Source of the DNA: a virus
Strand: one strand, 5' to 3'
Virus record (IMG/VR): IMGVR_UViG_3300028027_000001
DNA length: 64,000 nucleotides
Each line of letters begins with the position of its first letter. The stretch's first letter is position 1. The translations under genes were made by a program, and so were the position numbers. Of the stretch, positions 1-9,444 are shown piece by piece. The notes under the pieces are model-generated. The model was not told where the DNA came from, did no database searches, and saw nothing but the letters and a program-made list of their open reading frames with translations.

Positions 1-1
1 C

Positions 2-403
2 ATTAAATGCCCAAGATGCCGTAGCAACATATGAAGCAGTTTGTGCATTTTCTACATATGAAGCCGTTGAGGAATATGATGCGCTTATAGCGTTTGAAGA
101 TGTTGCAGGAGCAATAGCATTGGATGCAGTATAGTAGAATTGACCGTTAATTGGATTATATGTTACTACATCTGATTGTGCGGTATTGGTTAAATTAGGT
201 ACAACTACATTACCATATATGGTAGTAGGCCCATCTACGTTCAATTCACCTTCTATTGATGTGGAACCAGTTACAGTGAATGAACCTGATATGGTTATAT
301 CGTAGTTATCGGCGCCGGTAAAGGCATCTACGGATTGGGATACGTGTTGAGGGTAAATTGTTTGGTTTAGAACTATGCCGTTGTTCGATAGGTTTTTTGC
401 CAT
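2..403 (-). CDS. Tail-fibre-like structural protein, 5' part only (runs off the window start)
   Basis: Not in the ORF track. ATG at 403 gives MAKNLSNNGIVLNQTIYPQHVSQSVDAFTG... with SASY/TASY repeats, open to position 2. Late motif at 418-425. Confidence 0.75.
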   Translation of the reverse strand, partial: MAKNLSNNGIVLNQTIYPQHVSQSVDAFTGADNYDITISGSFTVTGSTSIEGELNVDGPTTIYGNVVVPNLTNTAQSDVVTYNPINGQFYYTASNAIAPATSSNAISASYSSTASYVENAQTASYVATASWAFN

Positions 404-436
404 CTTGTATTTTAATTATAAATATGGTTGAAACTA

Positions 437-1345
437 TTAAATATTTGGGGATCCTGGGTAGTATGTTTCAGTGCTTACTATTACTTGTGCCTTACTATTG
501 AATTTACGATGTGCCGTGATTTCCTTCTGGATATTGTCTGGGATGATATATCCTGATAATTTGAGGGTGAATGTGGCTTTCACTATACGATCCATACCAT
601 CGTTCAATTCTGTGGTTGTATTGAATGTGTCAATGGTGGTTTTGAATTTGAAGCGTTCTGGGTCTCCCCAATATGCATTTGATGCGTAATTGACTGCTTC
701 AACTATTTTGTTAAGTTGATCCACGTAGTATGTTTGTATAGTACAACTATATGTTAAATCCACATAGTCAGGTATTACTATGAGTTGATACGTTTTAACG
801 GGTTTACGGTTATTTAGTAAATCGAAATTTGAATATGAATTTTTAGCGTTGTATGTAGTAGCCCAGGCTGCATATAGGTGTGGTTGATTGGCATCTAGTT
901 TATTAGTGATTGAAGTGTTTTTACTTACAGTATCACGTTTGAACATAATTATAGGCGCCATGATCTTGCCGTTCTTGTCTTTGTAGTACCCGTCCTTTTG
1001 TGCCGATTTCCAACGTTCAGGGGAACCATATATTACTGGCACCGCAATACGTTGTCCGTTTTGTTGAACAGAGGGACGTATTACTTCATTGAAGTAATAG
1101 AATATGGATTCGTCCATGTCCTGAATCCCAATGGTGAAGGGTTTGGTTGTGTCGTTACGGAAGGATATTTTTTCTGAGCGATTGAATTCATTCCCGGATT
1201 GTTCGGTTTTGGTAAATTGCTCGAACGAGTTTAGTTGATTTGGGTTACCTAACGTTTCACCAGTTTCTTGGTTAACATATGGTTCAACTTGCTCGTTTGA
1301 GATTTGTCGCTGTGACTTTGGGTTGGGTTTTCTTGTTTTTGCCAT
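437..1345 (-). CDS. Tail completion/sheath stabiliser, T4 gp15-like
   Basis: IAVPVIYGSPERW and APIIMF motifs typical of the gp15 family; lies downstream of the gp13/gp14-like genes. Confidence 0.65.
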   Translation of the reverse strand: MAKTRKPNPKSQRQISNEQVEPYVNQETGETLGNPNQLNSFEQFTKTEQSGNEFNRSEKISFRNDTTKPFTIGIQDMDESIFYYFNEVIRPSVQQNGQRIAVPVIYGSPERWKSAQKDGYYKDKNGKIMAPIIMFKRDTVSKNTSITNKLDANQPHLYAAWATTYNAKNSYSNFDLLNNRKPVKTYQLIVIPDYVDLTYSCTIQTYYVDQLNKIVEAVNYASNAYWGDPERFKFKTTIDTFNTTTELNDGMDRIVKATFTLKLSGYIIPDNIQKEITAHRKFNSKAQVIVSTETYYPGSPNI

Positions 1346-1371
1346 ATCGTGTATAAATATGAATGGGGGTG

Positions 1372-1400
1372 AAAAAAATAGCCACCTGTAAGGGTGGCTA
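1372..1400 (-). terminator. Intrinsic terminator
   Basis: TAGCCACC/GGTGGCTA stem (1379-1400) followed by a T7 tract on the minus strand. Confidence 0.8.
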
Positions 1401-1427
1401 AATTTGATTACCAGGTTGTGGTTTAAA

Positions 1428-1646
1428 TTACATTGGTAATTCGCTTACAACTGGGTTATAAGTGATTTCTGGTAAATTATGGATCCACTCAAATGCACCA
1501 TTTTCATGGGTGCATCCGTTTACTTCTTCATTTGAGATGAACCAGTTTCCATCTGCATCTTGGGTTGGGTTGAAATATGTTATGCCATTCCATGTTTGGC
1601 CAACTAATTGGTCTTTTTGTTCGGTTGTTAATTTATATACGTTCAT
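1428..1646 (-). CDS. Small hypothetical protein co-transcribed with the LamG gene
   Basis: 72 aa ORF; YFNPTQDADGNWFIS motif. Confidence 0.7.
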   Translation of the reverse strand: MNVYKLTTEQKDQLVGQTWNGITYFNPTQDADGNWFISNEEVNGCTHENGAFEWIHNLPEITYNPVVSELPM

Positions 1647-1656
1647 AATTATTTAA

Positions 1657-2388
1657 TTAAAAAGTTGGATAAAATTTACCTGTACCTGAATTGTATAGAC
1701 TACTAACACTGGATGGGGATAATACACCTGTGTATACATATACTTCATCAATAAGACCGTTAAATACACTGCCAACACCTGATGGTGATGAGTTTATAGC
1801 CCCTATATTTGTTCTATTAGATCCAACCGCATATAAAATTGAAGAAGCGGCTGCATTTGTGTAGGTATCAGATAATACATTATTAATATATAATTTCCAA
1901 GTTGTATTTACCTTATCCCATAATATGACTATATGGTTCCACTGATTATTTGATAAAGTTAAGGTTGAGTTAAATCCTACTCCTACAGACCCCGTTCCTA
2001 GAGCAAATACTTGTACTTTATTTGTATTTGTTACACCAAATGTATACCCATGGTCAGATGTACCATAATAATAGTCTCCAAACAGTCCCTTAAGAGCACT
2101 TTGATTTGCTGTAGTGTAAGTCCACATTGATACAGAGAACGAGTTAGTAAATCTCATTGAATTTTGAGGCAATAATATATAGCTATTAGTACCATTAAAT
2201 GAAAATGCATTTCCACTTTTTCCTGATGTGTAAGTTAAACCACCATATGCTGTGCCATTATACAAACCTAAACTATCGTTTGCATTACTCTCAGCTTTAT
2301 ATACTGCGTATAAGTTTGCACTTAATGATGAGGTGGATGGAATGGATGCACTACGCCATCCAACCTGACCATAAGATAAAATTGCCAT
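1657..2388 (-). CDS. LamG/concanavalin A-like lectin domain virion protein
   Basis: SFSVSMW, NNQWNHIV, KLYINN and FNGLIDEVYVY..LS..V..LY pattern of the laminin-G domain. Confidence 0.85.
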   Translation of the reverse strand: MAILSYGQVGWRSASIPSTSSLSANLYAVYKAESNANDSLGLYNGTAYGGLTYTSGKSGNAFSFNGTNSYILLPQNSMRFTNSFSVSMWTYTTANQSALKGLFGDYYYGTSDHGYTFGVTNTNKVQVFALGTGSVGVGFNSTLTLSNNQWNHIVILWDKVNTTWKLYINNVLSDTYTNAAASSILYAVGSNRTNIGAINSSPSGVGSVFNGLIDEVYVYTGVLSPSSVSSLYNSGTGKFYPTF

Positions 2389-2465
2389 ATTTAATTATTT
2401 AAAATTATTACTATCATACATATTACAACGTTTTGGAAGAATATGTATCACCAAAACATAACTAC

Positions 2466-3044
2466 ATGAACGATAAATTAAAACAACTCGAAATACAGAA
2501 ATTACTGCAAGAATACAATTATTTGCTACTAGATGATGAGTACAAGCAGGAGTTGATTGCTGAAGGGAAAACACCTTTTCTTGAGCAAGTGCATGAGTTT
2601 ATGAAGACGCTAAATATGTCTCCACCCCCACCAATGCCCCCTTCGCAAGAGAAAGAAGGGAAAAAGAAAAAACGCATTGATCCAAACACAATAGATGAAT
2701 ATATACGCAACAAAGTGAAAAAATTGTATCGCGATATAGTTAAGCTAACACATCCGGATAAAGCCAAAACCGATGAACATAATGATTTGTATGTTGCGGC
2801 TACTACCGCTATGGAAACATATGATTTATTTGAATTATATAACATATGCGTTAAACTAAATATAGCGCACACCATTGATGCAACGGATAAGCCGATAATT
2901 GAAATGCGGGTGCAAGCAAAGAAAGATGAGTTAGCCAATATTGAGCGTTCATATGTTTGGTTATGGTATCACGCAGTGACAGAGGCCGATAAGTTGTTAT
3001 ACATACGAAATTTTGTTGAGAACCATGGTGGTTCATTCATATGA
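2466..3044 (+). CDS. J-domain-like (HPD) co-chaperone
   Basis: VKKLYRDIVKLTHPDK matches J-domain helix II plus HPD. ATG 2466 preferred over TTG 2433; own late motif at 2441-2448. The only credible + strand gene. Confidence 0.7.
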   Translation: MNDKLKQLEIQKLLQEYNYLLLDDEYKQELIAEGKTPFLEQVHEFMKTLNMSPPPPMPPSQEKEGKKKKRIDPNTIDEYIRNKVKKLYRDIVKLTHPDKAKTDEHNDLYVAATTAMETYDLFELYNICVKLNIAHTIDATDKPIIEMRVQAKKDELANIERSYVWLWYHAVTEADKLLYIRNFVENHGGSFI

Positions 3045-3049
3045 CAAAG

Positions 3050-3078
3050 ACAAAAAAAGGGGCGCAAAAGCGCCCCTT
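3050..3078. terminator. Terminator between convergent genes
   Basis: AAGGGGCGC-AAAA-GCGCCCCTT stem-loop; T tract on the minus strand. Confidence 0.85.
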
Positions 3079-3097
3079 CCTATATTCTATTTACTGA

Positions 3098-6000
3098 TTA
3101 TAAACCAGCGTTAGATATATTAGTTAATGTACCATATACACCGTAGAACATAAGTTTATCTTCAGTTGCTGGGGCAGCCGTGAAGGTAACTCCTGTAACT
3201 ACTCCACCTGCAACTGTAGTTGTGTAGTCGCCGTCTGTATCAAGTAATTGACCGTTCAAGTAAACTTGTTCAGATCCAACTTTAACAGCGTTAGTGAATG
3301 TAAATGCAGTTGTTGTACCATTTGGAGCAGCAGTAACTGTGTTTTTCTTAGCATATACCGCGTCGAAGTTAGCAGCGTTAACTGTGTTGATGTTGTTGAT
3401 TACTTCTTTGAACGAGTCAATAGCAGTAATATCAGTATTAGCTAATATATCAGCAACATTTTGTGTTAATGTAGCATCAGCAGCCTCACGTGCCGCAATT
3501 TCAGCAGCTAAAGCTGATTCGAAAGATGCAGATAACAATGTTACATCAGCACTACTTGAGAAGTTCAACGCAGCAATAGAAGCAGACAATGTCGCTTCAG
3601 CAGCTAATGCTCTTGTTTCTTCAGCCGCTAAAGCAGCGTCGTTAGATAAAACATATCCAGCAAACGCTGTATCGTTTGTAGTATCAACTGAGTTGATTAA
3701 AGCAACGATTTCAGCGAATGTATCTTTGTCAGCAGTTGAAGCAGATAAGATAGCATCGATACGTCCTTTTTCTGTTGCGATTGCAGCAGCAGCTGATGCA
3801 CTTAATGCAGTATCAGCAGCGGTACGAGCATTTGCTTCAGTAACGATAGCAGCAGCTAATGATGCACTGTTTGCAGTACGAGTTGTGATTTCAGTAGCTA
3901 AACCAGCAGCTAATGATGCAGAAATTGCAGTATCATTATCAAATGCCAATTTACGTGTGATTAATGTTAAATCACCATATCCACCAAATGTAGATGGTTG
4001 AGCACCAACGTTGATTAATCCATTGAATGTACGAACACCCGCTGAACCAGATGCAACTGTGTCCATCAATCTAACTGTACTTCCAGTTACCTCGATAGTA
4101 ACACCATCAACTAATGGTAATGCAGCAATTGATTGAGATAAAGATGCAGATAATGCTAAGTCAGCAGCAACACGAGATGCAGATTCTGCAGTTAATGCAG
4201 TTGCAGCAGATGCACTGTTGTTTGTATCAGCAGTAGTACGTGCTGTGATTTCAGCAGCTAAACCAGCAGCTAAAGATGCACTATTTGCAGTACGAGTTGT
4301 GATTTCATTTGCTAAGTTAAGAGCTAATGATGCACTGTTTGCAAGACGAGTTGTTGTTTCTGTAGATAAAGATGCACTTAAAGCAGCATCACCCGCAATA
4401 CGAGCAGTTTCTTCTGCAGTTACGGCAGCAATACGAGCAGTTTCTTCAGCATCAACGTCTGCAATTCTTGCAGCAACCTCAGCAACTAATGAAGCAGATA
4501 AAGCAGCTTCAGCAGCTAATGCACGAGTTTCTTCAGCATCAACGTCAGCAATACGAGCCGAGATTTCAGCAACCAATGAAGCAGACAAAGCAGCTTCAGC
4601 AGCTAATGCTCTTGTTTCTTCAGCAGAATCACCAGCGATACGTGCAGCAATTTCTGTTGCTAAATCAGCAGTAAACACATTATCAGCAGCCTGTGAACGT
4701 GAAGTTTCAGTATCGATATTTGCTTGTAATACTTGTTCAGCATTTAATGAACGAGTAATCTCTGTGTTTAAGTTTGATTGTAATGTAGCGTCACCTGAAA
4801 TTCTATTTGAAATTTCAGTATCTAGTGATGCAGAAATGGAAACGTCAAATGATGTTGCTCTTTCAATTTCATTAACTAATGAAGCAGAAATTGCAGCTTC
4901 AGCAGCCATTGCTCTAACAATCTCAGCATCTAATGAAGCAGAAATAGCAGTGTCTAATGCAGTACGAGCAGCTGTTTCAGCAGCTAAAGCAGCATCGTTA
5001 GATAATACATAAGAAGCGAATGCTGTATCATTAGTAGTATCAACTGAGTTGATTAAAGCAACGATTTCAGCAAATGTATTAGCGTCAGCAGTAGATGCAG
5101 ATAGGATAGCGTCAATACGACCTTTTTCTGTGTTGATGTTTCCTTGTAATACCCCCTCAGCAGCTAATGCACGAGTTTGTTCAGCAACGATAGACCCAGA
5201 TAATACTGCCTCAGCAGCCAACGCTCTTGTTTCTTCAGCGTTAACATCTGAAATGCGGTCAGCAATTTCTGTAGCTAGGTTAGCAGCGATCACAGCTTCA
5301 GCAGCTTGAGAACGAGATACCTCAGTATCAATGTTTGCTTGTAATGTGATATCTGCGTTAGCGCGAGCTGTTGCTTCAGCATCTATGTTATCTTGCAACA
5401 TTTCATCACCTGCAATACGGTCAGCAACCTCAGCAGCATCTGCAGCTAAACGTGCTGTAATTTCAGCAGCTAAAGAAGCAGACAGTGCAGTATCACCAGC
5501 GATGCGAGCAGTAGCTTCGTTAGATACAGCTAATTCACGTGCAGCAATTTCTGTTGCAACAGAAGCGCTCAATACAGCTTCAGCAGCTAATGCACGAGTT
5601 TCTTCAGCATCAACGTCTGCAATTCTTGCAGCAACCTCAGTAGCTAAAGATGCACTTAATACTGCCTCAGCAGCCAATGCTCTTGTTTCTTCAGCGTTAA
5701 CGTCAGCAATTCTTGCGTTTGTTTCAGTAGCGATAGAAGCACTCAATGCTGCTTCAGCAGCCAATGCACGAGTTTCTTCAGCATCAACATCTGCTATACG
5801 AGCAGCAACCTCAGCATCCAATGAAGCCGATAATTGGGTATCACCAGAAATACGTGCAGCCTCTTCAGCGTCAACGTCTGCGATACGAGCAGCAACCTCA
5901 GTAGCTAAAGATGCAGATAATGCTAAGTCACCGGCAATGCGGGCAGCAGCTTCATCTTCATCAGCAGTAACTAAGTTTGCTAAATCTGTAACTAATCCAG

Positions 6001-6100
6001 CAACGTCGCTTTTTACAAGACCTTGAGGTGTTGTCAACGTGGCATTAGTTAAGATCAAATCGGACTGTTTGTCCAATACAATTTTAGTAATTTTACTCAT
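3098..6100 (-). CDS. 1000-aa Ala/Glu-rich coiled-coil fibre with a C-terminal beta domain
   Basis: Many ARIADVDAEETRALAAEAxLSASL repeats; C-terminal GSEQVYLNG...DY domain shared with ORF 6476-7264. Confidence 0.75.
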   Translation of the reverse strand: MSKITKIVLDKQSDLILTNATLTTPQGLVKSDVAGLVTDLANLVTADEDEAAARIAGDLALSASLATEVAARIADVDAEEAARISGDTQLSASLDAEVAARIADVDAEETRALAAEAALSASIATETNARIADVNAEETRALAAEAVLSASLATEVAARIADVDAEETRALAAEAVLSASVATEIAARELAVSNEATARIAGDTALSASLAAEITARLAADAAEVADRIAGDEMLQDNIDAEATARANADITLQANIDTEVSRSQAAEAVIAANLATEIADRISDVNAEETRALAAEAVLSGSIVAEQTRALAAEGVLQGNINTEKGRIDAILSASTADANTFAEIVALINSVDTTNDTAFASYVLSNDAALAAETAARTALDTAISASLDAEIVRAMAAEAAISASLVNEIERATSFDVSISASLDTEISNRISGDATLQSNLNTEITRSLNAEQVLQANIDTETSRSQAADNVFTADLATEIAARIAGDSAEETRALAAEAALSASLVAEISARIADVDAEETRALAAEAALSASLVAEVAARIADVDAEETARIAAVTAEETARIAGDAALSASLSTETTTRLANSASLALNLANEITTRTANSASLAAGLAAEITARTTADTNNSASAATALTAESASRVAADLALSASLSQSIAALPLVDGVTIEVTGSTVRLMDTVASGSAGVRTFNGLINVGAQPSTFGGYGDLTLITRKLAFDNDTAISASLAAGLATEITTRTANSASLAAAIVTEANARTAADTALSASAAAAIATEKGRIDAILSASTADKDTFAEIVALINSVDTTNDTAFAGYVLSNDAALAAEETRALAAEATLSASIAALNFSSSADVTLLSASFESALAAEIAAREAADATLTQNVADILANTDITAIDSFKEVINNINTVNAANFDAVYAKKNTVTAAPNGTTTAFTFTNAVKVGSEQVYLNGQLLDTDGDYTTTVAGGVVTGVTFTAAPATEDKLMFYGVYGTLTNISNAGL
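3627..5131. repeat. ~150-bp internal direct duplication (3627-3774 and 4983-5131) in the fibre gene
   Basis: Both copies encode EKGRIDAILSASTADxxTFAEIVALINSVDTTNDTAFAxYVLSNDAALAAE, with an identical DNA core GTAGTATCAACTGAGTTGATTAAAGCAACGATTTCAGC. Confidence 0.9.
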
Positions 6101-6159
6101 TCTTTGTAAATTTAAAGAAATTAATTAAATAGTTAACTAGTGAACTATCTATGAAATTA

Positions 6160-6390
6160 CTACCTATTGAATAGCAAATTCTTCAAGTTCTTTATAGCAT
6201 TGGTAAATGCTAAGGGTTCGCACGAACCTGTTTCCGTTAAATATTCATCTACATGTAATAGTAAATCGGGTGTTTGGTTAAACATGAATGTGGACTTCTT
6301 TGCAGATTTTTCCACAGTGAAACGATGCCCCTTAATTTTAAGGTAGGCTGTTAAATATAAATCTGATGTTGAATATGTTTCAAGACTCAT
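6160..6390 (-). CDS. Small protein, DUF5659-like
   Basis: YSTSDLYLTAYL motif, 76 aa. Confidence 0.55.
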   Translation of the reverse strand: MSLETYSTSDLYLTAYLKIKGHRFTVEKSAKKSTFMFNQTPDLLLHVDEYLTETGSCEPLAFTNAIKNLKNLLFNR

Positions 6391-6475
6391 TGTGTAGGGA
6401 TATTTTTAATTATACATATAGCGATTTCCCGTAAAGGAAATAAAATATTAGAAATATTGTAAGATAATTTAATTA

Positions 6476-7264
6476 TTACACATCATAATAATATGTGCAA
6501 CGAAGCCTTGTATCAATATCGGGGGGGTATACAAACACAATTGTATTTCCTGTTAAGGTATAGTCGTTCCCGCTACCCTCTTGCAATAAACCATTTAAGT
6601 AAATATGTTCACTACCTAATACAGGATCATGGGCTAGATGGAATGTAGTGTTTTCACCGTTTATGAGACCATATGGGGCTTCTTTATCTGCAAACAGACG
6701 TACTATTGTTTCGGTAGCATAGTAATATGTACAGTGGAGTTTTGCTCCTTCCCACAGCGGCTCACTAAATGTGATTGTAGAACCAGATATGATATAGTCT
6801 GTTTGGGAACCTTCCTCAATTAATAAACCATTTAAATATAAATGCTCACTTCCGTTTACAGGAATGTTGCGCAAAATAAACGTTGAATTTGTTCCATCGA
6901 TAGAACCGATGGGAATTTCTTTGTTTACGTGTATGTTGGTTGATTTTGTGTTGGATAACGCTAAATCTTCAATAGTGGATAACATTACTGACTGACTAGC
7001 CATGGTTAATGTAAATGAATCGATGGATTGGGATAACGTGGTAGTTACTTGTGATAATGATTGAGATACATTGGTGTTGGTTGTACCTATTGATTGGGAA
7101 AGATTTGTATAATTGTTGGTTACGGTATTACCCAATACTGTTGTTGTATTATTGATAGTAGATACGGCATCATTAACGATGATATCAGCATATTTAATTG
7201 AAACGGAACCATTTCTAAATTGGTTCATTTTACGTAACGGGGTCGAGCTTGGTCTTTCAGCCAT
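6476..7264 (-). CDS. Structural protein with two tandem beta-rich repeats
   Basis: Two copies of E.P.G.I.G.N.TF.L...P..GSEH.YLNGLL...DY...G.TI.F..P....L.CTYYY. Confidence 0.7.
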   Translation of the reverse strand: MAERPSSTPLRKMNQFRNGSVSIKYADIIVNDAVSTINNTTTVLGNTVTNNYTNLSQSIGTTNTNVSQSLSQVTTTLSQSIDSFTLTMASQSVMLSTIEDLALSNTKSTNIHVNKEIPIGSIDGTNSTFILRNIPVNGSEHLYLNGLLIEEGSQTDYIISGSTITFSEPLWEGAKLHCTYYYATETIVRLFADKEAPYGLINGENTTFHLAHDPVLGSEHIYLNGLLQEGSGNDYTLTGNTIVFVYPPDIDTRLRCTYYYDV

Positions 7265-7268
7265 ATGT

Positions 7269-7775
7269 TTAACGTTCTCTAGTTATTTGCACACGATCCG
7301 CAGATGTAAGATGTGCTTTGACAATGATAGATAAATTAGTACCAAATTCTTCCAATCCTGGATTAAGTGGGTTTTGGTTGTATGGGTATTCTGGGTCTTT
7401 ACCAACAAATAATTGGTTATCGTTTATGTTATCTACTTCAAAGTAGCTTTCTTGGTACAGAATGATATCACCCACCTCAGGAACTAGATTTGCTTCTACT
7501 AAGTCATCACGGAAGAAACGGAACTCCATTTCACGGAATGAATCTACCCCCATATCTCCAGATGTTTGGGATTTGTCACCACGTTGGATTAGTGCATTAA
7601 CTAATACCGGGTCAAAATAAAAACGATCACCGGATGCCTCCCCATATATGTTTATTTTGGTTTGGTTTAGTTTAAGTTTGTACACAGCACATTGTTGTGT
7701 AACCACATCCCACAATAATTCACGGTTAATGTGTCTGAAAAATGAAATATCTCTTTGCGATCCAAAAATTGCCAT
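7269..7775 (-). CDS. Neck/head-closure protein, gp14-like
   Basis: NIYGEA and PEVGDII...YFEVD motifs; follows the gp13-like gene. Confidence 0.65.
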   Translation of the reverse strand: MAIFGSQRDISFFRHINRELLWDVVTQQCAVYKLKLNQTKINIYGEASGDRFYFDPVLVNALIQRGDKSQTSGDMGVDSFREMEFRFFRDDLVEANLVPEVGDIILYQESYFEVDNINDNQLFVGKDPEYPYNQNPLNPGLEEFGTNLSIIVKAHLTSADRVQITRER

Positions 7776-7786
7776 AACTTAATGTA

Positions 7787-8938
7787 TTACCCGATAAATA
7801 TATTCATTGGTACCTGTGCTATTGTGTCGTTTTGGAATTTTGCTTCGTTTGCTTTTTTCTCCATTAAGTTAGTACGTGATGTTGAATCTAAATAGGCACG
7901 TAAACGTTCAATCAATGCATTTTTCTCTGCAGTAGCCGCGTTAATCAAATCACTTTGATTTAATGTCACTTCAGCTCCTGGTATTGGTGTGGTTGAATAT
8001 TTTCCTCTAACGTATCCTAGTATTTCTTTAACTATTGCTAATGCATATTCGAATATCCATTGTCTACCAATTGAGTTAATTTGGGAGTAATTTGGATTAT
8101 TATATGGTACATTAGATACGTTAGTAATTATGCTAGTACCATTCCTATCAACATATGGTTGATTGCGATCATTAGTTAATATATAGTGGAAGAATAATGA
8201 ATGGAACCCTGTTGTTGTAGGTATAGGAAATACCCTTAATTTATTGTTTACTAATTCAAATGTATATTGGGACTTACGAATTTGATCATTTAGTTCAATT
8301 GCTTGAATTTTTTGCATATCATAATTCATAGGCATCAATAGAAAGTTGATAGCAGGTGAATATCCACCCCAACCAAAACTATCCATCATTTGCATCATAC
8401 CAGTACCCGTACCGGCGTAAGGATCAAAATAACGAGTAATTGCTGGGGATGCTTCATAAAACACACGTTTGATTTCAATAGGGCTGGTTATACCCTTTTG
8501 TTTTGCCCACTCATTTAAATCATACGTCTGCTGACTTGCATTAAGTGCAATCGAACCCGTATGATATTCAACAGTTCCACCAACACCTGCTTCTGTTCCA
8601 TACTGGTTTGAAAGGCGAACCATAGAAGCCAAATTATCCTGTACCAATTCATTATTTCCTGGGTTTATAGTTGTGGGCGCTCCTTGGAATGATAATAGAT
8701 TTTCAGCAACTTGGTAGGCATATAACTCGTTTCCGTATGTGGTAATGGCTTCTTCAAAAGCCGCGTAAAAGTTCAAATCTTGCAATTCTACTTCCATAAT
8801 CGGATAACCTAATCTACGTGAAGCAAATGTAGTAAATTTGTCCGAATCGGTTTGGAATTGGAAATCCGCATCGTAGAAACCAAATGGTGTTTTGCCAGGT
8901 GAGAAGGAGGAACTTCCTCCGTAAATTGGGATATTCAT
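7787..8938 (-). CDS. Neck/head-tail adaptor, gp13-like
   Basis: RRLGYPIMEVEL and WIFEYALA..KE.LG.VRGKY...P motifs. Confidence 0.8.
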   Translation of the reverse strand: MNIPIYGGSSSFSPGKTPFGFYDADFQFQTDSDKFTTFASRRLGYPIMEVELQDLNFYAAFEEAITTYGNELYAYQVAENLLSFQGAPTTINPGNNELVQDNLASMVRLSNQYGTEAGVGGTVEYHTGSIALNASQQTYDLNEWAKQKGITSPIEIKRVFYEASPAITRYFDPYAGTGTGMMQMMDSFGWGGYSPAINFLLMPMNYDMQKIQAIELNDQIRKSQYTFELVNNKLRVFPIPTTTGFHSLFFHYILTNDRNQPYVDRNGTSIITNVSNVPYNNPNYSQINSIGRQWIFEYALAIVKEILGYVRGKYSTTPIPGAEVTLNQSDLINAATAEKNALIERLRAYLDSTSRTNLMEKKANEAKFQNDTIAQVPMNIFIG

Positions 8939-8942
8939 GGCG

Positions 8943-9389
8943 TTATGCGTTAATTAGTGTATATTCTATATCTGCATTACCTGTCATAGCATATGCTGAA
9001 ACGGATTGAATTGTATCACCGAATGAGCTTGAGAACATACTTGAGGTAATGTTTGGTGAAACAATAAATATGGATGATACAGGTAGCAATTCTTGTGTGT
9101 ATCCACCCTTCGATCCACTAACGGTAATAGCGATAGATGTTGCGTCGTCTAAATTAGATATACGCGCGTATTTTAAACTACTAGATGGGAATACACCCGC
9201 TCCCGGATTCACACCATTTAAATTGAATAAATCAACCGAAGTGGTAGCGGGGCAAGTAAGTATCCTGTGGTCAACGTTGCTTACGTTTGGAATAATGTAA
9301 GTGAGTTCGTTTTTGTTTACGCTGTTTCTTACTATTTGCTCCTCGATGATGTGTATCTTGAATGTAGTAGGTGTTAAGGTAGATGCCAT
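8943..9389 (-). CDS. Hypothetical virion protein
   Basis: 148 aa, beta-rich, KYARISNLD; late motif at 9404-9411. Confidence 0.6.
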   Translation of the reverse strand: MASTLTPTTFKIHIIEEQIVRNSVNKNELTYIIPNVSNVDHRILTCPATTSVDLFNLNGVNPGAGVFPSSSLKYARISNLDDATSIAITVSGSKGGYTQELLPVSSIFIVSPNITSSMFSSSFGDTIQSVSAYAMTGNADIEYTLINA

Positions 9390-9415
9390 TTTATTGTTTG
9401 TGTATAAATATAGAC

Positions 9416-9441
9416 AAAAATGGGCTCAGTTAAGAGCCCAT
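9416..9441 (-). terminator. Intrinsic terminator
   Basis: ATGGGCTC/GAGCCCAT stem followed by Ts on the minus strand. Confidence 0.7.
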
Positions 9442-9444
9442 ATT

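Noticed and set aside
3248-6026. Long + strand Ala/Ser-rich ORFs (3294-4001, 4218-5012, 5331-6026 and others)
   Set aside because: Antisense shadows of the repetitive, codon-biased fibre gene; no promoter or protein-like features
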